Shown: piece after piece, positions 11,140-21,189 of the stretch
How positions within the stretch are numbered: the first letter of the stretch is position 1
Layout: each line of letters begins with the position of its first letter
NCBI RefSeq assembly: GCF_018350175.1
Contig: NC_058368.1
Span: 60,700,001 to 60,764,000 of the forward strand
DNA from: Felis catus
Lineage: Eukaryota
Length of the DNA: 64,000 nucleotides
Direction: 5' to 3'
Program-made: the position numbers and the translations under genes
The notes under the pieces: model-generated
Database searches by the model: none
Seen by the model: only the letters and a program-made list of their open reading frames with translations
Told to the model about the DNA's origin: nothing

Positions 11140-11362
11140 ATTGAGGAGGAAGAAGAAGGAGGAGAAGGAATGTGATAAAGAAGAGAATGAGAGACAGGGA
11201 GAAGGGGAAGGAGAAAAAGGGGATGGAGGAGGAGGAGTAAGGGAAGAAACAGAAGAAAGATGAGGAAGGGCTGAGGAGAAGAAGGAAGTGGGGAGGATAA
11301 GGGGGAGGAAGACAACTAAGAGGGGAAGGAGGAGTGAGGAAGGAGACAGACAAGGAGAAAGA
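11140..11362 (+). repeat. GA-rich low-complexity tract
   Basis: About 220 nt of almost pure purines. Confidence 0.9.
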
Positions 11363-11409
11363 AATTAAATGTGTCCATTTAAATTTAGGAGATAATGAAT
11401 AAAAGAAAT

Positions 11410-13845
11410 GAGACGTGTCTAGTAAGAAGTTGTTGTGAAGTCAAAGAGGTTGTTGCTCTTTTTCTCCTCTATGATGGTTTCCTGTTTTACATTTAGGTCT
11501 TTCATCCATTTTGAGTTTATGTTTATGTATGGTGTAAGAAAATGATTCAGATTCATTCTTCTGCATGTCACTGTCTAGTTTTCCCAACACCATTATGCTG
11601 AAGAGACTGTCTTTTTTCCACTGGATATTCTTTCCTGCTCTGTCGAAGATTAGTTGGCTATACATTTGTGGGTTCATTTCTGGGTTCTCTGTTCTGTTCC
11701 ATTGATCTATGTGTCTTTTGTGCCAGTGTCATACTGTCTTGATGATAACAACTTTGTAATACAGCTTGAAGTCTGGAATTGTGAAGCGTCCAGTTTTGGT
11801 TTTCTTTTTCAACATTGCTTTAGCTATTTGGATCTTTCCTGGATCCATACAAATTTTAGAATTGTTTGTTCTAGCTCTGAGAAGAATGCTGGGGTTATTT
11901 TGATAGGGATTGTATTGAATGTGTTGTGTAGATATTTTAACAATATTTGTTCTTCTAACCCATGAGCATGAAATGTTTTTCCATTTCTTTGTGTCTTCTT
12001 CAGTTCCTTTCATAAGCTTTCTATAATCTTCAGTGTACAGATCTTTTACATCTTTAGTTAGGTTTATTCCTAGGCATTTTATGGTTTTGGGTGCAATTGT
12101 AAATGGGTTTGATTCCTTGATTTCTCTTTCTGCTGCTTCATTATTGGTGAATAGAAATGCAACCAATTTTGTACACTGATTTTATATCCTGAATAAGTTC
12201 TGAATTCACATATCACTTCTGACAATTTTTGGGTGGAGTCTTTCAGGTTTTCCACATTGAGTATCATGTCATCTGCAAAGAGTGAATGTTTGACAGCTTC
12301 CTTGCTGCTTTGTATGCCTTTTACTCCTTTTTGTTGTCTTATTGCTGAGTCTAGGACTTCCAGTGCTATGTTGAACAACAGTGGTGAGAGTGGACATCCC
12401 TATCATGTTCCTAACCCTAGGGGGAAAGCTCTCAGTTTTTCCCAATTAAGAATGATATTAGCTGTGGGTCTTTTGTATGTGGCTTTTATGATGTTGAGGT
12501 ATGTTCCTTCCATCCCTACTTTCTTGAGGATTTTTATCAAGAAAATATGCTGTATTTGTCAAATGTTTTTTCTGCATCTATTGAGAGTATCATGTGATTC
12601 TAATCCTTTCCTTTATTAACATGATGTATCACATTGATTGATTTGCAGATATTGAATCCCACTTGATCATGGTGAACAGTTCTTTTAATGCATTGTTGGA
12701 TTCTATTTTCTAGTAACTTGTTGAAAGTTTTTACATTCATGTTCATCAGGGAGGAAGCAAAAGCAAAAATGTACTATTGGGACCTCATCAAGATAAAAAG
12801 CTTCTGTACAGTGAAGGAAAAAATCAACAAAACTAAAAGGAAACCAATGGAATGAGAGATGATATATGCAAATTATATATCAGATAGAGGGTTTGTATCC
12901 AAAATCTATAAAGAACTTATTAAATTCAACACCCCCCAAAACAAATAATCCAGTGAAGAAATGGGCAAAAGACATGAACAGACATTTCTCCAAAGAAGAC
13001 ATACAGGTAGCTAACAGACACATGAAAAGATGCTCAACATCACTCATCATCAGGGAAATACAAATCAAAACCACAATGAGATATCACTTCACACCTGTCA
13101 GAATGGCTAACATTAACAACTCAGGAAATAACGGATATTAGCATGGACACGGAGAAAGGGGAAACCTCTTGCGCTGTTGGTGGGAATGCAAACTGGTGCT
13201 GCCACTCTGGAAAACAGTATGGAAGTTTGTCAAAAAATTAAATATAGGACCACCCTACGACCCAGAAATTGCCCTACTAGGCATTTATTCAAAGGATACA
13301 CAAATGTTGATTCAAGGAACACATGCACCCCAATGTTTATTGCAGCCCTATCTACAATAGCCAAATTATGGAAAGAGACCAAATGTCCACTGACTGATGA
13401 ATAAAGATATGTGGTATATATATACAGTAGATATTACTCAGTGATCAAAAAGAATGAAATCTTGCCATTTGCAACAATGTAGATGGAACTATACTGTATT
13501 ATGGTAAGGGGAATAGGTCTGTCACAGAAAGACAAATATATGATTTCACTCATATGTGCAATTTGAGAAACACAAAAGATGAACATAGGGGAAAGGAAGG
13601 AAAAATAAGATAGAGAGAGAGGCAAACCATAAGAGACTCTTAAATACAGAGAACAAAATGAGGGTTGCTGGAGGGGTGTTGGGTGGGGAAATGGGCTGAA
13701 TGGGTGATGGGCATTAAGGAGGGCACTTGTTGGGATGAGTACTGGGTGTTATATGTTAGCAATGAATCACTAAAATCTACTCCTGAAACCATTGTTACAC
13801 TATATGCTAATTAACTTGGGTTTAAATAAAATTAAAAAAAAAATA
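11410..13845 (+). mobile_element. 5'-truncated, 5'-inverted (twin-primed) carnivore L1
   Basis: 11410-12752 is antisense ORF2 (RT, FADDMIL); 12753-13845 is the sense ORF2 end, 3'UTR and A tail. The outer end of the inverted part abuts the start of the sense part in L1 coordinates. Confidence 0.93.
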
Positions 13846-14364
13846 CAACAAGTGAGAAAGTTTAGGAAGGGAAATATAAAAGAATAATCCTAGGAAATTA
13901 CACCTGGGATGTACTGTTCTTTTTTTCCCCTCAGAATGGAGACTATCAGTACTACTATTCTAGCTAGGAAGTTGGTCCTATTACTTATCTATGCATATTT
14001 TTTGCTTGGGTTATCCTATAATTTAGTTTGTTTAGTTCCATTTTCATTATAAATAAATACCATAAACTTGAATATAATTTTGCAATTACTTTAGTCATTA
14101 ATAATAATGAAAAATTTCATGCAAAATTATTTAACATTTACAGACTGTGTAAAATACTCCATACCATAGGATATGATATGATATGATATTATTTATATTA
14201 CATTATATTATATTATTTATATTAAATTATATTATATTATTTATATTATATTGTATTATATTATATTAATTATATTATTATTGTTGTTCCATTCAATTTC
14301 TTTTCAATAACTTGAGCAATTCACAAAGAAGCAGCTCAATAAATGTATGTTAGATAAATAACTG

Positions 14365-14680
14365 AATCAATAAGTAATTCAGAGAAAGACAAATACCATA
14401 TGATTTCACTTATATGTGTAATTTAAGAAAAAAAACCCAAATGAGTAATGAGAAAAAACCAGAGACAGGCAAACCAAGAAACTGACTCCACTGTAGAGAA
14501 AAACTGATGGTTACCAGAGGGGAGTTGGGAGGGGCGATGGGTAGAATAGGTGATGAGGATTAAAGAGTACACTTTTGATGAATATTGGGTACTGTATGGA
14601 AGTGTTGAACGAGTATATTGCACATCTGAAACTAATGTTACAGTGTACTAACTAGAATTTAAATAGAAACTTAAAAAGAA
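14365..14680 (+). mobile_element. L1 3'UTR fragment
   Basis: cagagaaagacaaataccatatgatttcact...ctgaaactaatgttaca...aatttaaatagaaacttaaaaa. Confidence 0.88.
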
Positions 14681-14687
14681 ATCCCAT

Positions 14688-15115
14688 CCATTGCTGTTGG
14701 GAACACAAAATGGTACATTCACTTTCAAAGAAAGTTTGATGCTTTTTTACAAAACAAATATATTCTTACCATTCAGAAAAAATCACAGAGATACCATTAC
14801 ACAAATATTTGCATGACAAAAGCTAAAAACAGACAACACCAAATATTGATGAGTATGTGGAGCAACTGGAATTTTCACACATTGCTGCTGAAAAAAATGG
14901 CACAACCACTTTGAAGAAAGGTCTAGCAGTTTCTTAGAAAATTAAACATAATCATACCCATGACTAAACAATTATAATTATACATGTTTAACCAAAAGAA
15001 ATGTAATTCATATATTCACAAAACATTTGTACAAAAAAGTTTACAGTTTTATTTATACTTGCCTCAACTATAAAGAATCCAAATGATGCCCATCAACAAC
15101 AAAAAGAAAAAAAAT
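14688..15115 (+). mobile_element. Old L1 (L1M-type) 3' fragments
   Basis: cattgctgttgggaacacaaaatggtaca; gatgagtatgtggagcaactggaattttcacacattgct. Confidence 0.75.
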
Positions 15116-15616
15116 ATATACAACAATATGAGTAGTATAGTTATAAAATGTCTTCACACTTCTGACTTGTAGCAAAAAAATAAAACATCATTGGAGATAT
15201 GTGTGAACTATTGATAAAAATATTTTAAAATATTTTCACTGATAAAAGATGTGTAGCAGATCTTTACAAAGTTTCTTGTCAATTAAATAAATTCTAAAGG
15301 AACCCAAGTGTGTGCAATCTCGAATGAAAATCACAAATAAAAAAAAAATTGCAATAAAAAGGAAAAAAAAATGATGATGGGGATGTTGGGGAAAGCTACA
15401 CAATTAGGTATTAGAAGCTAATATTCCCATTCACAAATGATTCCCTTTGACTCTCTTCTTTTTCACTTTCAACCCTTAAAAAGATTTATCCTATTCCAAA
15501 AATATCCTATTCCAAACATGTATATCCCCACAGTGTTTAGTCTATATTGCAAATAGTGCTCAAAAAAAGCTTTAAAAACCCTATTAAGTCAATGTGGTAC
15601 AAATTCCTGCCCTGCA

Positions 15617-15826
15617 GGGGCGCCTGGGTGGCTCAGGCGGTTAAGCATCTGACTTAGGCTCAGGTCATGATCTCACGGTTTGTGAGTTTGAGCCCTGAGT
15701 TGGGCTCTGTGCTGACAGCTCAGAGCCCGGAGCCTGCTTCAGATTCTGTGTCTCCCCCTCTCTCTGTCCCTCCTATGCTCATGCTCTGTCTTTCAATAAT
15801 AAATAAATGTTAAAAAAATTTAAATT
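15617..15826 (+). mobile_element. Can-SINE
   Basis: Consensus match; 17-bp TSD caaattcctgccctgca (15600-15616 / 15827-15843). Confidence 0.97.
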
Positions 15827-15878
15827 CAAATTCCTGCCCTGCATACTGTATAAAATGCAGAAAGGAGGTGAAAACTGA

Positions 15879-15909
<31 letters not shown>

Positions 15910-17129
15910 CATAACATTCTATTCCTAAGCAGAACCAAGGTGAGGTAAGACTCCAAATTAAAAATTCAAAAATGTGTCAAGAAGAAAAAACAAAATTAAA
16001 ACTGTGGTTAAAAATAAAGACAGTAAAATAAAATAAAATAAAATAAAATAAAATAAAATAAAATAAAATAAAACAAAACTGTGGTGAGTTCACTGAAGAT
16101 GTCAGTCTGAAGAAACCATGGTGAAGCTTGCAAGCACAAATACATTTATGTTACAAGGTGGCAACCTCATTGAAAAAGCTGGCTGGGGTAAAGTAAATAG
16201 CAGCTGGTCACTGATTTTACGGTTCTGAGAAGCAGTCAAAAGTAGTGAAGACTGTGTCCAACCGGACAGAAAGTACAAATCCCAACCAAAGGAGACAGAG
16301 TTTAAGCAGTCACAGCTGAATGCTGCCATGTGGGAATCCAAATTTAGTGCAGACACATTTCCAGGTTTCTCAAAAGAAACTGAAAAGTATTATTTTTTTA
16401 TGAAATTTATAGATATAGGTTTCACAGAATAAGTACATATCCATATATATGTATGTGTATATTTCTGTACCCCCCAGCTAGATCTGGTAAAAATATTCTT
16501 CTGCTCATTTACATGCAGTATGGTATCACAAAGGGTAGATGTCCCTTTCAGATACTCTGCGAAACTTCTGCCAATGCCACTTGGCTTCTCTTGCAATTTT
16601 CTCCTTCTGTGCCATGAGCCTTCATACTACCTTCAAAATGACTTAACAAGAGAGTAGCTTATTGTCAATTTAACTTTCTTTAGTCAAAGAGTCCTGTTCA
16701 GATGAAGTAGTTCATTTTCTTTAGCATTCTTAGGTTGCATCCTCAATTATACTTTTATAAAAAGTAAACGTTAAAATTTCACCTTTTCATATCTGTTAAT
16801 ACTAATTTAAGTTTACTCAATTCTTTTAACATTTGGGAGTGTAAGAGTATTTCTGTATGCTCACAAAATACTGGATGCTTATACCTTGGTCTTGATACTC
16901 CCAAAGTTGTTTTGAGATTATTCGACTTGAATCTTGTTAAGGACATGGATCCCACTCTCATTCCTTGCAGAGAACCCACCCAGAATTGTTTTCTGAACTG
17001 ATCTCTTTTAGCTCTTCTTCATGTCAAACAAAATCTAAACAGCATTTCAGTTGTACTTATATAGAATCTACTCTATAATTGACACAGGATTAGTTTTATA
17101 GAACTTTACAATATAAAAAATAAAAATTA

Positions 17130-17840
17130 TTACGCTTGTAGCTGTTAAGTATCAAAAAAATCTCAAAACAGGTATGGCAGTATGGCAACTCCAGGTAAGG
17201 TTAACTCCACGTCTAAGTAAGAATGGAGCCTTCAGGGGCGGCTGGGTGGCTCAGTCAGTTGAGCATCCGACTGGTTCAGGTCATGATCTCACGGTTCATG
17301 AGTTCAAGCCCTGCGTCGGGCTCTGTGCTGACAGTTCAGAGCCTGGAGCCTGCCTCGGATTCTGTGTCTCCCTCTCTCTCTGCTCCCCCCCTGCTCACAC
17401 TGTCTCTCTCTCAAAAATAAAGATTAAAAAAAAATTAAGAATGGAGCCTTCAGTCCTTCCCTCCTCAGCATGTTGATTCTGTACAAATAGTTCCAAGATG
17501 GTGGCCTCATTTCAAGTTGTCACATGCAGAAGACAGGATCAAGAAGCAGACAAAAGAATATTCCTATCTTTTATCTCAGGAGTAGGAAAATCCTTCATAG
17601 ATTACTTTTTGGGAACTTTTTTGTACTTCTGAATTGCCACAATTTTGTCAGTTGCCCTTGCCTAAAACAATCATTGACTGAGAGAAATAAGATCGCTATT
17701 TTTGGCAAAAATTGTTTCTTAAAAGAGGCAGAGGCCCTTGAAAAAACATAGCAGATTGAAGGCTTGTGAAGAATTTTGGAGTTCTAATAGCATAGAAGAT
17801 GTCTCAGAGATTACTATAGGGACATAAACAGGGAAGACTG
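17130..17840. mobile_element. MaLR (MLT1-like) LTR remnant
   Basis: gttccaagatggtggcc...cacatgcagaagacagg...ctgaattgccacaatt...ccttgcctaaaacaatcattgactgagagaaat resemble MLT1J/K-type LTRs; boundaries approximate. Confidence 0.55.
17235..17435 (+). mobile_element. Can-SINE inserted in a MaLR-like LTR
   Basis: Consensus match; TSD taagaatggagccttca (17218-17234 / 17436-17452). Confidence 0.96.
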
Positions 17841-18299
17841 ATAAAAACAGACAACTCTGGCTGTTTTCCCTTGAGTTCTTTGTCCCTTAATTGGAAACCC
17901 ATATGTAAAATAGTGTTTGCTATATTCTATCAAGTATTAGAGTATCTAAGAATGTTCTTCAGTCTTGACCACAAGTGAGCAAAAATTTAATCTATATTCC
18001 AATTTAAATTAACAATTTTTCTGATGAGGTATAATTAGGAAGGATTTAAATTAAGACTTATCCAAGGACATTGTGGCTCTACAGACTTACCAGAAGAAGA
18101 AAATATCACTTCTAATAAAATGAGCCAAGAATTATTATATCTAATTTCTCCCAAACATGCCATTTTTGGAGGAATTCCTGGTAGAAGCAATATTAATAAT
18201 CACACTGCTCATGTTGTAACAGGTTTGAAACTTGTGTATAATGGTTCCAGGAAAGATTAACTCTTTCCATGTCTCATTACACATAGAAAGTGTAAATAT

Positions 18300-18450
18300 T
18301 TATCTTGAATGTGGGCATTATTTTTTCTGAATTTAGTTTACCCATCAATAAAAAGGAAAATGATACATGCTGTAATTATTGTTAGATTAAGTGATACAGC
18401 ACCTTTCTAGTACAAAGAAAGTGCCTCACACATAACTGGCACTGTTTTCA
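18300..18450 (+). mobile_element. MIR-like fragment
   Basis: tgggcatt...ctgaatttagtttacccatcaataaaaagga...ttgttagattaagtgata...agtgcctcacacata follows the MIR core and tail pattern. Confidence 0.55.
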
Positions 18451-18479
18451 TTTTTCAACGATCTCCAAAAACTACAATC

Positions 18480-18995
18480 AAATTCCTTCCACTATTATAT
18501 GTTGGTGAATTTTGGTTTCATATGTTATAATTTCCATATATTAAAAAAATTGCAGTGTAATGCTATAGAAGATAATTGAATTTTTATTATTCAAGGTATT
18601 CAGGTATGATGGAGGTACTATTCATTGATTTGATGCAAATACTATTGCATACATGTTAGAGTTCTTATAAACCTAAAATTTTATACTTTATTAGAGTCTT
18701 TTTAATAATACCCTTCTCTAAGTAAGACACTAATGGATAGGATGACAATGGAAGATGATGTTAATTTCCTTTTTTAAGTAAGTTGTATGCTTGCCTAAAA
18801 TATTTTATGGTTTTAATATCATATTGCATTATTGGAACAAGCAAACTAACCAAGAATAATGTAATTCACAGTGGTGTATTAACCCTTGTTTTATCAAATA
18901 CAGTTTCACATATTTTACTTTGTGAGTTCCAGAAGAAGGATATTTTCCAACCATCAAAGCATTATTCTATAATATACATTTTAGAACTAGTGTAG
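18480..18995 (+). pseudogene. L: Endogenous paramyxovirus-like L gene, C-terminal domain remnant
   Basis: DDNGR*C*FPFLSK followed by ORF 18783-18995 LKYFMVLISYCIIGTSKLTKNNVIHSGVLTLVLSNTVSHILLCEFQKKDI, versus recalled measles KDNQR...YPVL...[32 protein letters not shown]...LSKSEKQII. An old L1 begins at ~19015. Confidence 0.6.
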
Positions 18996-20582
18996 GCAAA
19001 TATACTTATTTTCCTTTTTTGTAGTTATCACACACATAAAGTCTACATATCTTAAACGTGCACCTCCTGTAACCACAGCCAGATCAAGCTGTGTGAACTA
19101 CTACCCAAAAAGCCTCCCTAAATCCATGTCCTAAACAGGTTCATACCCAGTTGTAAATGTTAGTCTGACTTAAAATCACAGATTCGTTTTGCCTATTTGT
19201 GACTTAAACAAGTGGAATCATACAACATGAAGTCCTTTTTATCTCCCTTCATTCACCAATATTATATCTGTGAGATTCACACACAATATACATACCAGTA
19301 ATATGATCTTTTTCATTTCTGTATAGAATTCCAAGATAGAAAGATATGATGAATTTCCCATTCTACTGTTACTGGACATTTGAGTTATTCCTAGTTGGGA
19401 ATTATGAGTAAAACTTCTATCCATCTGTTTTGGTGTGTTTCTATTGGAAATATACTAAGAAACAGAATTACTGATTCCAAGTGTATAAATGTGGACTGCA
19501 AATTTTTATTTCAAACAGATACTAGCAAAATATTTTCTTCATAATGGTTTTACAAATTTTGATTCTCACCAGCAATATAGTGTCCTCTCTGTTACTCTAT
19601 ATTGACAACTCTTGGTATTTTTAGTTTTATTAGACATTCTAATGGATATGTAGTGATTGTTCCTTTCAACATTAATTTGCATTTCTATAATGAATAATGA
19701 TTTTGGAACATTTCCATAAGTTTTTAAAAACAATCGTGTATCTCTTGTGAAGCACATGTGCAGTTCTTTTTTTAGACTTTTTCTTATGAAATTACAAGAA
19801 TATCTCTGTGTGTGGGTATTATTTTTCCTTATCTTTCCCACTAATGATCAGGTCTTTTGAAAATCAGAAGTGTTTAATTTTAATAAAGTTAATTGTACAA
19901 TTTTTTGACATTTTGTTAGAGTTATCGTTTCAATGTGCTATCTCAGAAATCTGTGTGTACAGACCAAGTTAATGAAGACATTCTTGTGTTTTCTTTTAGA
20001 AGTTAGATCACTTTAGATTTAAGTCTATGCATCATTTAAAATTAATTTGACTTGTTTAGAAGGAGAAATATGTTAAGATTATTTTTTCCCTCACTGATAT
20101 CCAAATGATTGAAAAGACCATTCCTTCTCTAGTAAATTTGCAGTGGAGACTTTGTCAAAAATCAGTTAAAATTAATATGTGTGTTTCTAATTGGACTCTG
20201 TATTCTGTCTTGTTGGGCCATTTGTCCATCCTTCAGTCAATATCACGTTGTTGGAATGACTGTATATTTATAGTAAGTCTTGGTAAGTAGTAATATATGT
20301 CCTCTGGCTTTATTCTGCTTCAAAATTCCCTTGGCTACTCTAGATCATTTGCATATCTGTCTACATGTTAGAATCATACTTTCAATTTCCAAAAAATAAA
20401 AAATAAATCCTGCTGGGATTTGGGATGGCACAGAATCTTCAGTGAAATTTGAGGACAACTGACATTTTACTAATACCAGTCTAGCAATCCGTAAACTTGT
20501 AATAATTGTACATTTAGTTAGATATTCCTACGCATGTGAAGTTTGGTTTGATAACAATAGAGCTATATATTTAAATTCCATT

Positions 20583-20809
20583 TTTTTCAATTATTTTTTA
20601 TTTTAGAGATGGAAAGAGAGAGCATGAGCAGGGGAGAGGGGCAGATGGAGAGAGAGAGAGAGAATCCCAAGCATGCTCCACACTCAGTACAGAGCCCAAT
20701 GCATGGTTCAATCCCATGATATAGGACTCAATCTCACAATTCTGGGATCACAACCCGAGCTGAAATCAAGAGTTAGGATGCTTAACTACCTGAGCCACCC
20801 AGGTGCCCC
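20583..20809 (-). mobile_element. Can-SINE
   Basis: TSD tatttaaattccatt (20568-20582 / 20810-20824). Confidence 0.93.
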
Positions 20810-20983
20810 TATTTAAATTCCATTCTCATTTTTAATTGTTAGTATAAAGAAATGTAATTGACAAATATGTTTACCTTGCATCCAGCTAAATTCAGTTACT
20901 AATTCCTATTTTAATTTATTCTTTTTTGGGGGGAAGATTATTTTCTATGACATTATCATGACATGTATAAAAAATCAACTTTT

Positions 20984-21189
20984 GGGGCGCCTGGGTGGCG
21001 CAGTCGGTTAAGCGTCCGACTTCAGCCAGGTCACGATCTCGCGGTCCGTGAGTTCGAGCCCCGCGTCGGGCTCTGGGCTGATGGCTCAGAGCCTGCAGCC
21101 TGTTTCCGATTCTGTGTCTCCCTCTCTCTCTGCCCCTCCCCCGTTCATGCTCTGTCTCTCTCTGTCCCAAAAATAAATAAACGTTGAAA
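20984..21189 (+). mobile_element. Can-SINE, young feline type
   Basis: Near-consensus; TSD aaaaaatcaacttttg. Confidence 0.97.

Larger units (their letters stand above)
10130..18290 (-). pseudogene. L: Endogenous paramyxovirus-like L gene, inverted central part (RdRp motifs B-E, capping/PRNTase, connector, methyltransferase), split by L1, SINE, MaLR and simple repeats
   Basis: On the minus strand, in descending coordinates: MACLG(D)N(*)I (18163-18138; GDNQ with a 1-nt deletion), LVVKTEE...EYSKHYFTYG (~17975-17898), ILGGFS (16986-16969), SMSLTRF, PKNAKENELLH, PSGIGRSFAEYLKGTSTL (16584-16531), PHLGSA (15945-15928; PYxGSxT), LWGY, FTHISND (15207-15187), FLARI and HPR (13970-13903), NAYKKC (~11087-11070; EKC), YSRR, IYNS (~10570), KGRPQ, SLGF, ILEAICLL*TKGMLVMR (~10353-10303). 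Order is colinear with Mononegavirales L. Confidence 0.8.

Noticed and set aside
16400..17040. Two apparent minus-strand host exons (tttag/ATT...CAAG/gtataag; ttttgaag/GT)
   Set aside because: Every spliced frame contains stops and matches no host protein I recognise. The supposed intron itself carries L-like peptides (PKNAKENELLH), so the viral reading explains the region better.
18060..18260. Plus-strand frame HCGSTDL...LYLISPKHAIFGGIPG resembling L motif B context
   Set aside because: It overlaps the minus-strand motif B/C reading, and both cannot be true. The minus reading is preferred because it is colinear with motifs D/E at 17975-17898. This shows by-eye matching can mislead, so the right inversion breakpoint is uncertain by a few hundred bases.
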